Shown here piece by piece: positions 40,460 to 51,418 of a stretch of 64,000 nucleotides of DNA (its first letter is position 1; the number at the start of each line of letters is the position of its first letter). Both the position numbers and the translations under genes were made by a program. The DNA lies in NCBI RefSeq assembly GCF_000006765.1, contig NC_002516.2. One strand, 5' to 3'. The stretch is from Pseudomonas aeruginosa PAO1. GTDB taxonomy: Bacteria > Pseudomonadota > Gammaproteobacteria > Pseudomonadales > Pseudomonadaceae. The notes under the pieces were generated by a model, which worked only from the letters and a program-made list of their open reading frames with translations, had not been told where the DNA came from and ran no database searches.

Positions 40460-42568
40460 ATGGCTCGCACCACTCCCATCGAGCTTTATCGCAACATCGG
40501 CATCGTCGCCCACGTCGACGCCGGCAAGACCACGACGACCGAGCGGATCCTCTTCTACACCGGCGTCAACCACAAGATGGGCGAGGTCCATGACGGCGCG
40601 GCGACCATGGACTGGATGGTCCAGGAGCAGGAGCGCGGCATCACCATCACCTCGGCGGCGACCACGGCCTTCTGGCAGGGCTCGACCAAGCAGTTCCCGC
40701 ACCGCTATCGCTTCAACATCATCGACACCCCCGGCCACGTCGACTTCACCATCGAGGTGGAGCGCTCGCTGCGCGTGCTCGATGGCGCGGTGGTGGTGTT
40801 CAGCGGCGCCGACGGAGTCGAGCCGCAGTCCGAGACGGTCTGGCGCCAGGCCAACAAGTACCATGTGCCGCGCCTGGCCTACGTCAACAAAATGGATCGC
40901 CAGGGCGCCGATTTCCTCCGCGTGGTCGCGCAGATCAAGCAACGCCTGGGCCATGTCCCGGTGCCGATCCAACTGGCGATCGGCTCGGAGGAAAACTTCA
41001 GCGGGCAGATCGACCTGGTGAAGATGAAGGCCATCTACTGGAACGATGCCGACCAGGGCACCAGCTACCGCGAGGAGGAGATCCCGGCGGAGCTGCGGGC
41101 GCTGGCCGAGGAGTGGCGGGCGCACATGGTCGAGGCCGCTGCCGAGGCCAACGACGAACTGATGAACAAGTATCTGGAAGGCGAGGAACTGAGCATCGAG
41201 GAGATCAAGGCCGGGCTGCGCCAGCGGACCCTGGCCAACCAGATCGTACCGGCGGTGCTCGGCTCCTCGTTCAAGAACAAGGGCGTGCCGCTGGTGCTCG
41301 ACGCGGTGATCGACTATCTCCCGGCTCCGTCGGAAATCCCGGCGATCAGGGGCACCGACCCGGACGACGAAGAGAAGCACGACGAGCGCCATGCGGACGA
41401 CGACGAGCCTTTCTCGGCGCTGGCGTTCAAGATCGCCACCGACCCCTTCGTCGGCACCCTGACCTTCGCCCGCGTGTATTCCGGGGTGCTGACTTCCGGC
41501 GACGCGGTGCTTAACTCGGTGAAAGGCAAGAAGGAGCGGGTCGGGCGGATGGTGCAGATGCACGCCAACCAGCGCGACGAGATCAAGGAAGTGCGCGCCG
41601 GCGACATCGCCGCGCTGATCGGCATGAAGGACGTGACCACCGGCGACACCCTGTGCGCCATCGACAAGCCGATCATCCTCGAACGCATGGACTTCCCCGA
41701 TCCGGTGATCTCGGTGGCGGTGGAACCGAAGACCAAGGCCGACCAGGAGAAGATGGGCATCGCCCTGAGCAAGCTGGCCCAGGAAGACCCGTCGTTCCGC
41801 GTGAAGACCGACGAGGAGACCGCGCAAACCATCATTTCCGGGATGGGCGAGTTGCACCTGGACATCATCGTCGACCGCATGCGCCGCGAGTTCGGCGTCG
41901 AAGCCAATATCGGCAAGCCGCAGGTGGCCTATCGCGAGACCATCCGCAACACCTGCGAGATCGAGGGCAAGTTCGTCCGCCAGTCCGGCGGCCGCGGCCA
42001 GTTCGGCCATTGCTGGATCCGCTTCGCTCCGGCCGACGAGGGGCAGGAAGGCCTGGAGTTCCACAACGAGGTGGTCGGCGGGGTGATTCCCCGCGAATTC
42101 ATCCCGGCGATCCAGAAGGGCATCGAGGACCAGATGCAGAACGGCGTGCTCGCCGGCTACCCGCTGATCGGCCTGAAGGCGACGGTGTACGACGGCTCCT
42201 ACCATGACGTCGACTCCAGCGAGATGGCGTTCAAGATCGCCGCCTCGATGGCCACCAAGCAACTCTCGCAGAAGGGCGGAGCGGTGCTCCTGGAGCCGGT
42301 GATGAAGGTCGAGGTGGTGACCCCGGAGGACTACATGGGCGACGTGATGGGCGACCTCAACCGCCGGCGTGGCCTGATCCAGGGCATGGAGGATACCCCG
42401 GCGGGCAAGGTGATCCGTGCCGAGGTCCCGCTGGGCGAAATGTTCGGCTATGCCACCGACGTGCGCTCGATGTCCCAGGGGCGCGCGAGCTACTCGATGG
42501 AGTTCGTTCGCTATGCCGAGGTACCGGCCAGCGTGGCCGAGGGGATCGTCGCCAGGCAGGGCCGCTGA
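40460..42568 (+). CDS. fusA2: Elongation factor G paralogue (EF-G1B), 702 aa
   Basis: Motifs [20 protein letters not shown] and NKMD, and GMGELHL. It is outside an rpsL-rpsG-tuf context. Confidence 0.95.
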   Translation: MARTTPIELYRNIGIVAHVDAGKTTTTERILFYTGVNHKMGEVHDGAATMDWMVQEQERGITITSAATTAFWQGSTKQFPHRYRFNIIDTPGHVDFTIEVERSLRVLDGAVVVFSGADGVEPQSETVWRQANKYHVPRLAYVNKMDRQGADFLRVVAQIKQRLGHVPVPIQLAIGSEENFSGQIDLVKMKAIYWNDADQGTSYREEEIPAELRALAEEWRAHMVEAAAEANDELMNKYLEGEELSIEEIKAGLRQRTLANQIVPAVLGSSFKNKGVPLVLDAVIDYLPAPSEIPAIRGTDPDDEEKHDERHADDDEPFSALAFKIATDPFVGTLTFARVYSGVLTSGDAVLNSVKGKKERVGRMVQMHANQRDEIKEVRAGDIAALIGMKDVTTGDTLCAIDKPIILERMDFPDPVISVAVEPKTKADQEKMGIALSKLAQEDPSFRVKTDEETAQTIISGMGELHLDIIVDRMRREFGVEANIGKPQVAYRETIRNTCEIEGKFVRQSGGRGQFGHCWIRFAPADEGQEGLEFHNEVVGGVIPREFIPAIQKGIEDQMQNGVLAGYPLIGLKATVYDGSYHDVDSSEMAFKIAASMATKQLSQKGGAVLLEPVMKVEVVTPEDYMGDVMGDLNRRRGLIQGMEDTPAGKVIRAEVPLGEMFGYATDVRSMSQGRASYSMEFVRYAEVPASVAEGIVARQGR

Positions 42569-42739
42569 GAGCCGCCGCGCGCCGCCGAGGCCAGCGGCGG
42601 CGCGCGCCTTTGCGGGAGCGGCAGCCGCATCTTCGGCGCCGATGCGCTTGCCAAGCGAGGTTTTTGACGCCCCCTGGATGCTTAACTATAAGACAGTGAC
42701 CAAGGCCCGCACCTATACGGTCACAAGGATGGCGAATCG

Positions 42740-45334
42740 ATGCTTGCTTCAGCGATTGCCAGCGGTACCGCAGTCTCCCAGGTCTCCAAGCATCTCCTAA
42801 TGTTCCTGGCCGCCCTTTTCCTCGCCCTCGGTGCATGCGGCTGGGCGATCCTGCACATCGCCAGGCATCAGGACGACATCGCCATCGAGCAGAGCCATTT
42901 CTACGTGGAAAAGGCGCTGCAGAATCGCCGGGAAAATTCCGAGCAGTTCTCCACCACCTATTCCTTCTGGACCGACGCCTACGTCTATCTGGGAAACCGG
43001 GTCGACGCGGACTGGGCCTTCACCAAGAACAACCTCGGCTCGGTGCTCTACACCACCAATGGCTACGACGGCGTCTTCGTCATCGACGACCGTGGCACTC
43101 GCTACGCCATGCTCGAGGGCGAGCTTTCCGAACGCTCGCTGGCCGACTCGCTGAACGCCGACACCGGAGACATCCTCCGCTCCGCACGCCGTGCCGCGGT
43201 GGACGAGGCGGCGATCAGCCGCTACGTCGACTTCGACGGCGCACCGGCGATCCTGGTCGCCTCGGCGATCAAGCCCACCAGCGATCATGCGCCCATCGAC
43301 CTGGCCAAGGCCTCGGTGATGGTCTTCGTCGACCGGCTGACCCCGGCGAAGCTGGCCAAGCTCGGCGGCGACTACGGCATCGCCAACCTGCACCTGCTGG
43401 CCGGCGGCGCGGCGGGCGACAAGGAAAGCCTTGCCCTGGAGGGCACTCCCCATCGCCTGGCCTGGGTGTCGTCGCGTCCGGGTAGCGCCATGCTGCGGGA
43501 GACCGCGTTGCCGCTGCTGGGAATCTTCGTGCTCGCCGCCGGGCTGCTGTTCTGGCTGAGCCGCAGCGCCGTGCTCAACGCCCGCGCGGTGGATCGCCAG
43601 CAGAAGGTCCTGAAACGCAGCAACCAGGCCCTGCTGGCCAGCGAGGAACGTTTCAAGTCGATAGCCGAGGCGGCCTCGGACTGGATCTGGGAAGTCGACG
43701 GGCATTTCGTCTTCACCTATCTCTCCGTGCGCTTCCGCGACGTCACCGGCTACCAGCCGGAGGCCTGGATCGGGCGGCGGCTGGACGAGTTGCTGGATAG
43801 CGATACGGTGAACATCGTCAAGTGGCTGGAAGGGCTGCCCGATGCCGGTGCGCCGTCCAGCCTGGTCTGCGCTTTCCGCGACAGCCAGGGCCAGGCGCGG
43901 GTCGGCAAGCTGAGCGCCAGCGCGATCCGCAACGGCGTCGCCAGCGGCTATCGCGGCACGGCGGCCGACATCACCGACGAGGTCGAAGCCCATGCGAAGA
44001 TCCAGCATCTGTCCCTGCACGATGCCCTGACCGGCCTGCCGAACCGCAACAAGCTGTTCCAGTTCCTCGAACGCCTGCTGGCGGAAAAGGCTGGCAAGTC
44101 GCCGGTAGCGGTACTGATGCTCGACCTCGACCGCTTCAAGCCGATCAACGACCAGCACGGCCATCCCGCCGGCGATGCGGTGCTCTACGCCATCGCCGAA
44201 CGGCTGCGCGCCTCGACCCGCGACCAGGACATGGTTGCCCGGCTCGGCGGCGACGAGTTCGTGGTGGTCAGTACCCACGTGTCGTCGAAGCTGGAAATCG
44301 AGAAGTTCTGTAGCCGGCTGATCGACGTGATCAACCGCGAGGTCGCCTACGAAGGGCACAGCTTCCATGTCGGCGCCAGCATCGGCGTGGCCCTGGCGCC
44401 GGAGCACGGCGGCGATCCGCGGGGCCTGCTGCGTTGCGCCGACGTGGCGATGTACGAGGCCAAGGCCGCGGGGCGTAATACCTGGCGTTTCTACTTGGAA
44501 GCCATGGACTCCCATCTCGCCGAGAAGAAGCTGCGCGAGACCGAGTTGCGCGCCGCCTTGCAGAACGGCGAGTTCGAGTTGTACTACCAGCCGCGTTTCC
44601 TGGCGCAGGAACAGACGATCGCCTCGGCGGAAGCGTTGATCCGCTGGAACCATCCGCGCCGCGGGCTGATCGGCCCGGACGAGTTCATCGGCCTGGCGGA
44701 AGAAAGCGACCTGATCGTACAGATCGGCAACTGGGTGCTGCGCGAGGCCTGCGCCACCGCCGCCAGCTGGCCAGGCGAGGTGATGGTCTCGGTGAACGTG
44801 TCGCCGGCGCAGTTCATGACCGGCGATATCGTCTGGCAGGTGCGCGAGGCCCTGCGCCTGGCCCGCCTGGATGCTCGCCGGCTGGAGCTGGAAGTCACCG
44901 AGAACGTCATGCTCAACGATGTCGATGGCGCGCTGCGGACCATGACGGCCCTCAAGGAGCTGGGCGTCCGCCTCAACATGGACGACTTCGGTACCGGCTA
45001 TTCCTCGCTCGGCTACCTGCGCACCTATCCCTTCGACAGCATCAAGATCGACAAGCGCTTCGTCGCCAGCATGGAGAAGACCGGGCGCGACCGTTCGATC
45101 GTGCAGGCCATCATCAATCTCGGCAACGCCCTGAACCTGCGGGTCACCGCCGAGGGCGTGGAGACCGAAGGGCAGATGCATATCCTGCGCGACGAGCAAT
45201 GCCACGAACTGCAAGGGTTCCTGCTCAGCCGGCCGCTGGATGCGCAGCGCCTGCGCGATCTGCTGGAGCGCGAGGCGGGGCAGACCCAGGCGCCCCAGGT
45301 TTCCGCCGAAGGCCATGCTGCGCGCCGGCCTTGA
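42740..45334 (+). CDS. Membrane CHASE4-PAS-GGDEF-EAL c-di-GMP enzyme, 864 aa
   Basis: Two TMs, a PAS-like [12 protein letters not shown]-x5-[18 protein letters not shown] and EGVE. Confidence 0.9.
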   Translation: MLASAIASGTAVSQVSKHLLMFLAALFLALGACGWAILHIARHQDDIAIEQSHFYVEKALQNRRENSEQFSTTYSFWTDAYVYLGNRVDADWAFTKNNLGSVLYTTNGYDGVFVIDDRGTRYAMLEGELSERSLADSLNADTGDILRSARRAAVDEAAISRYVDFDGAPAILVASAIKPTSDHAPIDLAKASVMVFVDRLTPAKLAKLGGDYGIANLHLLAGGAAGDKESLALEGTPHRLAWVSSRPGSAMLRETALPLLGIFVLAAGLLFWLSRSAVLNARAVDRQQKVLKRSNQALLASEERFKSIAEAASDWIWEVDGHFVFTYLSVRFRDVTGYQPEAWIGRRLDELLDSDTVNIVKWLEGLPDAGAPSSLVCAFRDSQGQARVGKLSASAIRNGVASGYRGTAADITDEVEAHAKIQHLSLHDALTGLPNRNKLFQFLERLLAEKAGKSPVAVLMLDLDRFKPINDQHGHPAGDAVLYAIAERLRASTRDQDMVARLGGDEFVVVSTHVSSKLEIEKFCSRLIDVINREVAYEGHSFHVGASIGVALAPEHGGDPRGLLRCADVAMYEAKAAGRNTWRFYLEAMDSHLAEKKLRETELRAALQNGEFELYYQPRFLAQEQTIASAEALIRWNHPRRGLIGPDEFIGLAEESDLIVQIGNWVLREACATAASWPGEVMVSVNVSPAQFMTGDIVWQVREALRLARLDARRLELEVTENVMLNDVDGALRTMTALKELGVRLNMDDFGTGYSSLGYLRTYPFDSIKIDKRFVASMEKTGRDRSIVQAIINLGNALNLRVTAEGVETEGQMHILRDEQCHELQGFLLSRPLDAQRLRDLLEREAGQTQAPQVSAEGHAARRP

Positions 45335-45528
45335 GCGGGCGTCAGAAGGGCGCACGCGGTGCCTCGGCGGCCCTCGGTTCAGCGATCGCCCTGCGTATGG
45401 TTCAGAAAATGCTGAACTGATTATTTGACCTGACTGATTCCCTTCCCGTCTTCGCTTGCCGACACTCCGTCCTTCCCATGGCCTTGTGCCAGGGCCGCCG
45501 GCCGGAATGCCTGCTTCCGGCGAGCGAT

Positions 45529-45536
45529 AACAAGAA
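45529..45536 (+). promoter_or_regulatory. Hfq/Crc CA motif (AAnAAnAA) in the NCS1 gene leader
   Basis: AACAAGAA 15 nt upstream of the ATG. Confidence 0.45.
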
Positions 45537-45551
45537 TGACGAGGAAGCCGC

Positions 45552-46982
45552 ATGAGCAATAACAACGAGGCGTCACGCCCGAAGATCGAAGTGCGTTCGA
45601 TCGATTACGTTCCCCGCCACGAGCGTCACGGCAAGGTCTGGCACCAGGCGCCGTTCTGGTTCACCGGCAATTTCGTACTCACCACCATGGTCACCGGCTT
45701 CACCGGGCCGGCCCTCGGCCTGGGGGCGCTGTACTCGATCCTGGCGATCGTCCTCGGCGTCTGCTTCGGCACCTTCTTCATGGCCTTCCATGCCAACCAG
45801 GGTCCGCGCATGGGCTTGCCGCAGATGATCCAGTCGCGTGCCCAGTTCGGCCTGCGCGGGGCCATCGTGCCGTTCGCCGCGGTGGTCTTCGTCTATATCG
45901 GCTTCAACGTGTTCAACGTGATCCTCGCCACCGACGCGATCAACACCGTGCTGCCGGGACACCGCGCGCCCTGGTACGTCCTGCTGATCGGCGTGGCGGT
46001 GTTGCTCGCCATCGTCGGCCACGACCTGCTGCATACCGTGCAGCGCTGGCTGACCTACGTGATGATCGCGGTGTTCGGAGTCCTCACCGTCAGCGCGCTG
46101 CGCAGCCTCGAAGCGGACGCGGCGCTGGGCGGTACGCCGGCGTTCTCCTGGAGCGCGTTCCTGGTCCAACTGTCGGCCGCCGCCGGCTACCAGATCAGCT
46201 ATGCGGTCTACGTCTCCGACTACTCCCGCTACCTGCCGCACGAAACGCCGACCCGCAAGGTGATCTTCTGGACCTACCTGGGCGCCGCCGGTTCGGCGCT
46301 CTGGCTGATGTCGCTGGGCGCATTCCTGGCCTCGGCATTGCCGGCGCCGGACGCCATCGGCAGCGTGCGCGAGGTGGGCAACCGGCTGTATCCCGGCTTC
46401 GGCACCTTCACCGTGCTGATCGCCGTCCCGGCCCTGGTGGGGATCATGGCGGTCAACTGCTATGGCGCCATGCTCACCAGCCTCAGCGCCATCGATGCCT
46501 TCCGCAAGGTCACTCCGACCCTCAACCTGCGCGTCACCGGGATCGGCGTGATCGCCCTGGTGGTATTCGGCGTGGCCCTGTCAATCCCGGAAAGCTACCT
46601 GGGCAGCTTCAACACCTTCGTCCTGCTGATGCTGTACTTCCTGGTGCCCTGGACCGCGGTCAACCTGGTGGACTTCTACTTCGTGCGCAACGGTCACTAC
46701 GCGATCAGCGAAATCTTCAATCCCGAAGGCATCTACGGTCACTGGGGCCGACCGGGGTTGAGCGCCTACCTGGCCGGGTTGCTGGCGATGGTCCCGTTCA
46801 TGTCCCTGAGCTTCTACAGCGGTCCCTTCGCCGTGGCGCTGGGCGGCGCCGACGTCGCCTTCGTGGTCGGCCTGCTGGTGGCCGGCGCGGTCTATGCCTT
46901 CATGTGCCGGGCCCTGGACCTGGAGGCGGAACGACGGCTCGCCACCCTCGGCGAGCGCCTGCTGGAAGAGGGGGGCGCCTGA
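45552..46982 (+). CDS. NCS1 purine-cytosine permease family transporter, 476 aa
   Basis: Motifs FWFTGN, GPRMGLPQMIQSRAQFG and SDYSRYLP; 12 TMS. Confidence 0.88.
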   Translation: MSNNNEASRPKIEVRSIDYVPRHERHGKVWHQAPFWFTGNFVLTTMVTGFTGPALGLGALYSILAIVLGVCFGTFFMAFHANQGPRMGLPQMIQSRAQFGLRGAIVPFAAVVFVYIGFNVFNVILATDAINTVLPGHRAPWYVLLIGVAVLLAIVGHDLLHTVQRWLTYVMIAVFGVLTVSALRSLEADAALGGTPAFSWSAFLVQLSAAAGYQISYAVYVSDYSRYLPHETPTRKVIFWTYLGAAGSALWLMSLGAFLASALPAPDAIGSVREVGNRLYPGFGTFTVLIAVPALVGIMAVNCYGAMLTSLSAIDAFRKVTPTLNLRVTGIGVIALVVFGVALSIPESYLGSFNTFVLLMLYFLVPWTAVNLVDFYFVRNGHYAISEIFNPEGIYGHWGRPGLSAYLAGLLAMVPFMSLSFYSGPFAVALGGADVAFVVGLLVAGAVYAFMCRALDLEAERRLATLGERLLEEGGA

Positions 46983-47794
46983 TGGCCAAGGTTACCGTCG
47001 CCTGTTGCCAGATCGCTCCGCGGATCGGCGCACAGGAGCACAACCTGCGCCTGGCCGAGCGGGCGATCCGCGAGGCCGCACGGCGCGGCGCCAACGTCGT
47101 GGTGCTGCCCGAGCTGGCCGCCAGCGGCTACGTTTTCGCCGATCGCGGCGAAGCCCTGGCCCTGGCGGAAACCCGCGACGGACCGAGCCTGGGGTTGTGG
47201 AAAGCGCTGGCAGGCGAACTCGACCTGGTCATCGTCGGCGGCTTCTGCGAACGCCTCGACCCGCAGCGAGTGGCGAACAGCGCGGCGCTGGTGGACGCCG
47301 ACGGCGTGCGGGCGATCTATCGCAAGGCCCACTTGTGGAACGAGGAAAGCGGCATCTTCGAGGCCGGCGAGCAGCCACCGCCGGTGGTCGCTACCCGCTT
47401 CGGGCGAATCGCGGTGATGGTCTGCTACGACCTGGAGTTTCCCGAATGGGTGCGCCTGCCGGCGCTGTCCGGCGCGCAACTGCTCTGCGCGCCGGTGAAC
47501 TGGCCGGCGGCGCCGCGTCCCGAGGGCGAGCGGCCGGCGGAAGTGGTCAGGGTGCAGGCCAATGCCTCGGTCAACCGCCTGTTCATCGCCGCCTGCGACC
47601 GCTGCGGGCAGGAACGCGGGGTTGACTGGGTGGGCGGCTCGGTGATCGTCGACGCCGACGGCTACCCGCTGGACGGGCCGCTGCAGGGCGAGGCGGGTAT
47701 GCTGCTGGCCCGTCTCGACCTTGCCGAGGCCGACGAGAAACGCATCAGTGCGCACAACCACGTGCACCGCGACCGGCGACCCGAGCTGTATTGA
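46982..47794 (+). CDS. Nitrilase-superfamily carbon-nitrogen hydrolase, 270 aa
   Basis: E-K-C triad in LPELA, YRKAHL and CYDLEFPE. The start overlaps the permease stop. Confidence 0.9.
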   Translation: MAKVTVACCQIAPRIGAQEHNLRLAERAIREAARRGANVVVLPELAASGYVFADRGEALALAETRDGPSLGLWKALAGELDLVIVGGFCERLDPQRVANSAALVDADGVRAIYRKAHLWNEESGIFEAGEQPPPVVATRFGRIAVMVCYDLEFPEWVRLPALSGAQLLCAPVNWPAAPRPEGERPAEVVRVQANASVNRLFIAACDRCGQERGVDWVGGSVIVDADGYPLDGPLQGEAGMLLARLDLAEADEKRISAHNHVHRDRRPELY

Positions 47795-47865
47795 GCGCGC
47801 GATACCCTGGGCGCGGCAAAGCGACCCCGGTGTTTGCCGGCGGCCGGACGCAGCTGGGCGAATGA

Positions 47866-47902
47866 AAAAGGGCGCGGGCCAGTATCGGCGCCGCGCCCTT
47901 TT
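47866..47902. terminator. Bidirectional intrinsic terminator between convergent genes
   Basis: AAAAGGGCGCGG...CCGCGCCCTTTT. Confidence 0.75.
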
Positions 47903-47916
47903 GCCGGAGGAGAACC

Positions 47917-49578
47917 TTATTCCAGTTCGGCTGCGCTCTCTTCCTGGCGCTTCAACCCGGTATGACTGATGGCGTGCAGAGCGGTATTGAACTGTACGGT
48001 CTCGTTGAAACCCTTGACGATCTGCGCCAGCTTCTCGCGGGCGCTTTCCAGCTTCTTGAAGCGCTCGCCGAGTTCCAGGCTGCGCTGCTGGACGCTGGCT
48101 TCGCGCTTTTCCAGTTCGGCCTGGCGCAGGTTCTGCTGGCTGCGCAACTCTTCGAGGCGTTCCTGCTCGATCTGCAGTACCTCGGCTCGCCGCGCGCTGC
48201 TGCGCTCGCGGGCTTCGACGCTTTCCGCGAGTTGTTGCAGGGCCGCGCTGCGCTCGGCGAGGAGACGGTTGCTCTGCTCGGTTTCCCGCTCCAGCGCCTG
48301 GCGGTCGTCCTGCAGGCGCTTGTGCCACTGCCGGAGCTGCTTTTCCTTTTCCTGCAATTGCCGCTCCTTCTCGTGCAGTTGCGTCTGGAGCGACTCCAGC
48401 GACTCCTGCTGCTTGAGCGCTTCCTGCTTCTGCTGGCTCAGTTGCTGGGCCATGCCGGCGAGGTCGGCCAGCGTGCCCTGCACGTCCTGTAGCAGATGCT
48501 CGGTATCGTTGCCGATATCGAGCGCGGTATCCGTATCCACGTGGGCTTCATCCTCGGGTTGGCGAATGACGGCGGCGGCCTGGGTGGGCGCCTCTCTGGC
48601 GTTGGCCCCGCCCTCGGCGCCGGCCAGGCGTGCGGGCGGCACCCGGAGGCGCAGCGACAGGCTGGGGACCCTGGCCGATACCGGTTCCGGCGCGGGTGCG
48701 GCGAGGGGGGAGGGGCTCGGGGGCATGGAGGATTCCTCGGCGGCGTCTGGAGACGGAAGGTTGGCGCTGCCCGTGGCGTCGGCGGCGTGCAGCGCGGGGT
48801 GGAGCATCTGCGCCAGGTCGGCAAGCTCCTCGCGAAGATGACTGGCGTTGTCGACGAAGGCGCCGATGGCCTCGGCATCCGCTACCTTGGCGGACTGCTC
48901 CGCTTTCGCCGCGAACTCGGCTGGCGCCCCACCCTCGGGCGCTGCCGTTTCCGCCTCCGGCCGCGGCTCGGGCTCGACGCATCCGGCCTCGGTGACGGTT
49001 TCGTCTTCCGCCGCCTCGGGCTCGTCGATGGGCTCCGCCGGCCCGTCCGTGGTCTCGTCCGCATCGTCTTCGGCGAGGACATCGGGAGCGGCGTCTTCGA
49101 AAAGGGCCTCCTGGACGAGCGGCGGGACTTCCGCGCAGGGTTCCTCGCCATCCAGGGCGGGGCCGTAGCCATGGGGGGACTCGAAGGTGACGAGCTTCAT
49201 CACCCATTCGCGTTCGAGCACCAGGGAGCGGTGTTCTTCCCGCCGCGAGGGGGCGATGGCCGCGTCCTGCAGGTCGATGAGGTGGTAGGCGAGATCGCTG
49301 GTCCGGCGGTTGCCGGTGGTGGCTTCGCGGACCAGTTGGCGGAACACCTGGATGGCCGCCTCGCAGGCCTCGTCGGTGTCGAGACGGCCCAGGCGGAAGC
49401 CGTCGTCGGTCTTGAACAGGGAGGCGATGTAGACGCGCGAGTCGTTTTCGTCGACCTGTTCGTTGAGGCTGTAGGCGATGAAGTTGCGGTCGCTGGCGGG
49501 AATGGCGAAACCACACAACAAGGCCGCATTCAGTTCCGTCTGCTCGGCAGTTTCCACACTGATGGTTCGAAGAAGCAT
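47917..49578 (-). CDS. Hypothetical 553-aa protein: globular N-domain, acidic Pro/Ala-rich linker, long C-terminal coiled coil
   Basis: Composition of the translation; Q/E/K/R heptads from about residue 385 to 545. Confidence 0.8.
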   Translation of the reverse strand: MLLRTISVETAEQTELNAALLCGFAIPASDRNFIAYSLNEQVDENDSRVYIASLFKTDDGFRLGRLDTDEACEAAIQVFRQLVREATTGNRRTSDLAYHLIDLQDAAIAPSRREEHRSLVLEREWVMKLVTFESPHGYGPALDGEEPCAEVPPLVQEALFEDAAPDVLAEDDADETTDGPAEPIDEPEAAEDETVTEAGCVEPEPRPEAETAAPEGGAPAEFAAKAEQSAKVADAEAIGAFVDNASHLREELADLAQMLHPALHAADATGSANLPSPDAAEESSMPPSPSPLAAPAPEPVSARVPSLSLRLRVPPARLAGAEGGANAREAPTQAAAVIRQPEDEAHVDTDTALDIGNDTEHLLQDVQGTLADLAGMAQQLSQQKQEALKQQESLESLQTQLHEKERQLQEKEKQLRQWHKRLQDDRQALERETEQSNRLLAERSAALQQLAESVEARERSSARRAEVLQIEQERLEELRSQQNLRQAELEKREASVQQRSLELGERFKKLESAREKLAQIVKGFNETVQFNTALHAISHTGLKRQEESAAELE

Positions 49579-49677
49579 AAGCCCTGGAGATCCCGTTGGT
49601 GCTTGAAAGGTGTAACGGGCGAGGGTACCGGGAGCTATGGGCGAGGTAACTTGGACGAGTCCTATTGCCTTGTAAGA

Positions 49678-49694
49678 AAAATCTTGAAGATTTT
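49678..49694. promoter_or_regulatory. Perfect AT-rich palindrome upstream of the coiled-coil gene
   Basis: AAAATCTT-G-AAGATTTT. Confidence 0.5.
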
Positions 49695-49754
49695 ACTGCG
49701 TGCCGTGCCCAGCGCACCGCGCAGGCTCGTCCGCTCGTACGGGGCCGGCGCGCT

Positions 49755-49964
49755 TCAGCGATCCGCCATCAGGACGACGATGGCCTCGGCGACGAAGTCG
49801 GCGTTGCGCTCCAGGGTCTGCAGGTGGTTCATGACGACATCGTAGGTTTCGCCGCCTTCATGGCGCTTCGCCCAGATCGCCAGCTCCTCCAGGGCCATGC
49901 CGAGGGCACTCTGGTTCTGGTTGAGACGGCAGAGCAGGGCGACAGTCAGGTCGTGATCCAGCAT
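49755..49964 (-). CDS. Small helical hypothetical protein, 69 aa
   Basis: SD AGGAG 7 nt before the ATG. The sequence LCRLNQNQSALGMALEELAIW...LQTLERNADFV resembles a small-protein family I recall from many pseudomonads. Confidence 0.7.
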   Translation of the reverse strand: MLDHDLTVALLCRLNQNQSALGMALEELAIWAKRHEGGETYDVVMNHLQTLERNADFVAEAIVVLMADR

Positions 49965-50479
49965 GGCGGTACTCCTGATCCTGAAAAACTCAGCGTAGCC
50001 CCCCCTGGCGCTCCGCCGACACGGAAGCGGTTCACGAAAAGACGAAACGGTTCAGCCGCTGCCGACGGGGTGGCCTGCGTTCGTGGCCGGTGCCCACGGC
50101 GCAGCGCTTTCGATAGCCCCCCGGCAGCTTCGGACCGACCTGGCAAGGGGACCTATCCGAACGGCGAGGGTGGCCCGCGGTGGTGGCGCGCCGCATGGCC
50201 AGTTCCCCATGCCGCCTGGCTATACTGGCGGCGCGGGAACAAGACGCCGTCCATGAAGAGCGTCCCGGACCCGAACGTCGCGCTTCCTGTCATCTCCGCT
50301 ACCTATCTTTCGTTCTTCTGCCGCGAAACGGCTTTCGGAAGCAGGCTGCCGGCGGTCGTTCGTCGCGCCGTCCCGGGGTTTCCCTGCCCGTGCCGATCCG
50401 ACCCGTGTTGCCAGCGAGGGGTATGTACGCAATGTCCGTGACCGATGCCAGTTTCCCGATCATCAACTGGTCGAAGGCG

Positions 50480-51382
50480 ATGCCTTCGTTGCGCCAGCTG
50501 ATGTATTTCGCCTGTGTCGCCGAGTACGGCAGCATCGGCCAGGCCGCCGAGGTGCTGCACGTTTCGCAGCCGTCGCTGTCGCGGCAGATCCAGGCGCTCG
50601 AAGTGCACATCGGCGAGGCGCTGTTCGTCCGCGGTCCGGCCGGGGTGAGCCTGACCGAGGTGGGCAGGGTGGTGCATTGCCGCGCGGTGAAGATCATCGC
50701 CGAGGCCAAGGCGCTGACCCGCGACATCGGCGACGGCGACGACCGCCAGTTGCACATCGGTTTCAGCCGCTACCTCGATCCCGGCTGGTCCGGCGAGCTG
50801 GCCCGGCAACTGAAGGAAGCGCGGGTGTGCAGCGCCGTTTCGCCATCCTGGGCGCCATCGCTGGACCTGCTCAGCCTGGTCCGCGAGTCGTCCCTGGACG
50901 CGGCGATCATCGGCGCGCCGCCGAAGGTGGTGCGCGAATACGAGCTGATGGAGATCGGCAGCTACGAGCACGTCATCGCCCTGTCGGAAACCCTGCACCG
51001 GCGACTGGCGCCCGACTGGTCGCTGAACGACCTGATTGGCGAGCCGCTGCTGGTACCGAAGGACTCGCTGTTTCCCGCCTACAGCCAGTTCATGAACGAT
51101 GCGATGGATGCCGCCGCCTTCGCGCCCCGGCGCAGCGTGCGGCCGAACGACCTGAGCATTCTCCTGGCCCAGGTCGCCAGCGGCGACGGCTTCGCCTTCC
51201 TGCCGTTGTCGCTGACCAAGTTCGCCTATCCGGGGGTGGCCTTCACCGCTCTGCCGGCGGCGGTCAACGAAGGCTTCCGCCTGCCGGTGGGGCTGGCGGT
51301 GTCGCCGACTTCGCGGCTTCGCGCCAGCGACACCCAGTTCGAATGCTTCGTCGAGACCGCGCGGCGGGTCGCCGCCGGTTGA
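50480..51382 (+). CDS. odsR: LysR regulator of the oxylipin (ODS) system, 300 aa
   Basis: LysR HTH SIGQAAEVLHVSQPSLSRQIQALE, convergent with the diol synthase genes. Name from recalled synteny. Confidence 0.78.
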   Translation: MPSLRQLMYFACVAEYGSIGQAAEVLHVSQPSLSRQIQALEVHIGEALFVRGPAGVSLTEVGRVVHCRAVKIIAEAKALTRDIGDGDDRQLHIGFSRYLDPGWSGELARQLKEARVCSAVSPSWAPSLDLLSLVRESSLDAAIIGAPPKVVREYELMEIGSYEHVIALSETLHRRLAPDWSLNDLIGEPLLVPKDSLFPAYSQFMNDAMDAAAFAPRRSVRPNDLSILLAQVASGDGFAFLPLSLTKFAYPGVAFTALPAAVNEGFRLPVGLAVSPTSRLRASDTQFECFVETARRVAAG

Positions 51383-51418
51383 GGGACGCGGCCGGGAGCG
51401 CCGGCCGCGCGAGGGGCT

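Noticed and set aside
37374-41021. 1215-aa plus-strand ORF, and similar very long ORFs (6481-9453, 42797-45565, 54590-57112, 1969-4146)
   Set aside because: These are antisense or off-frame shadows of real genes, caused by stop-codon scarcity in GC-rich codon usage. They have no motifs and Arg/Ala/Gly-rich composition.
40460-42568. Second EF-G as a novel resistance or hibernation factor
   Set aside because: It corresponds to the known P. aeruginosa fusA2 paralogue, with canonical motifs and normal length.
50180-50479. 100-aa N-terminal extension of the LysR regulator, and similar upstream extensions of the sigma, cynT, pcoB and fusA2 ORFs
   Set aside because: The extensions lack family similarity, and the conserved domains begin at the downstream starts used here.
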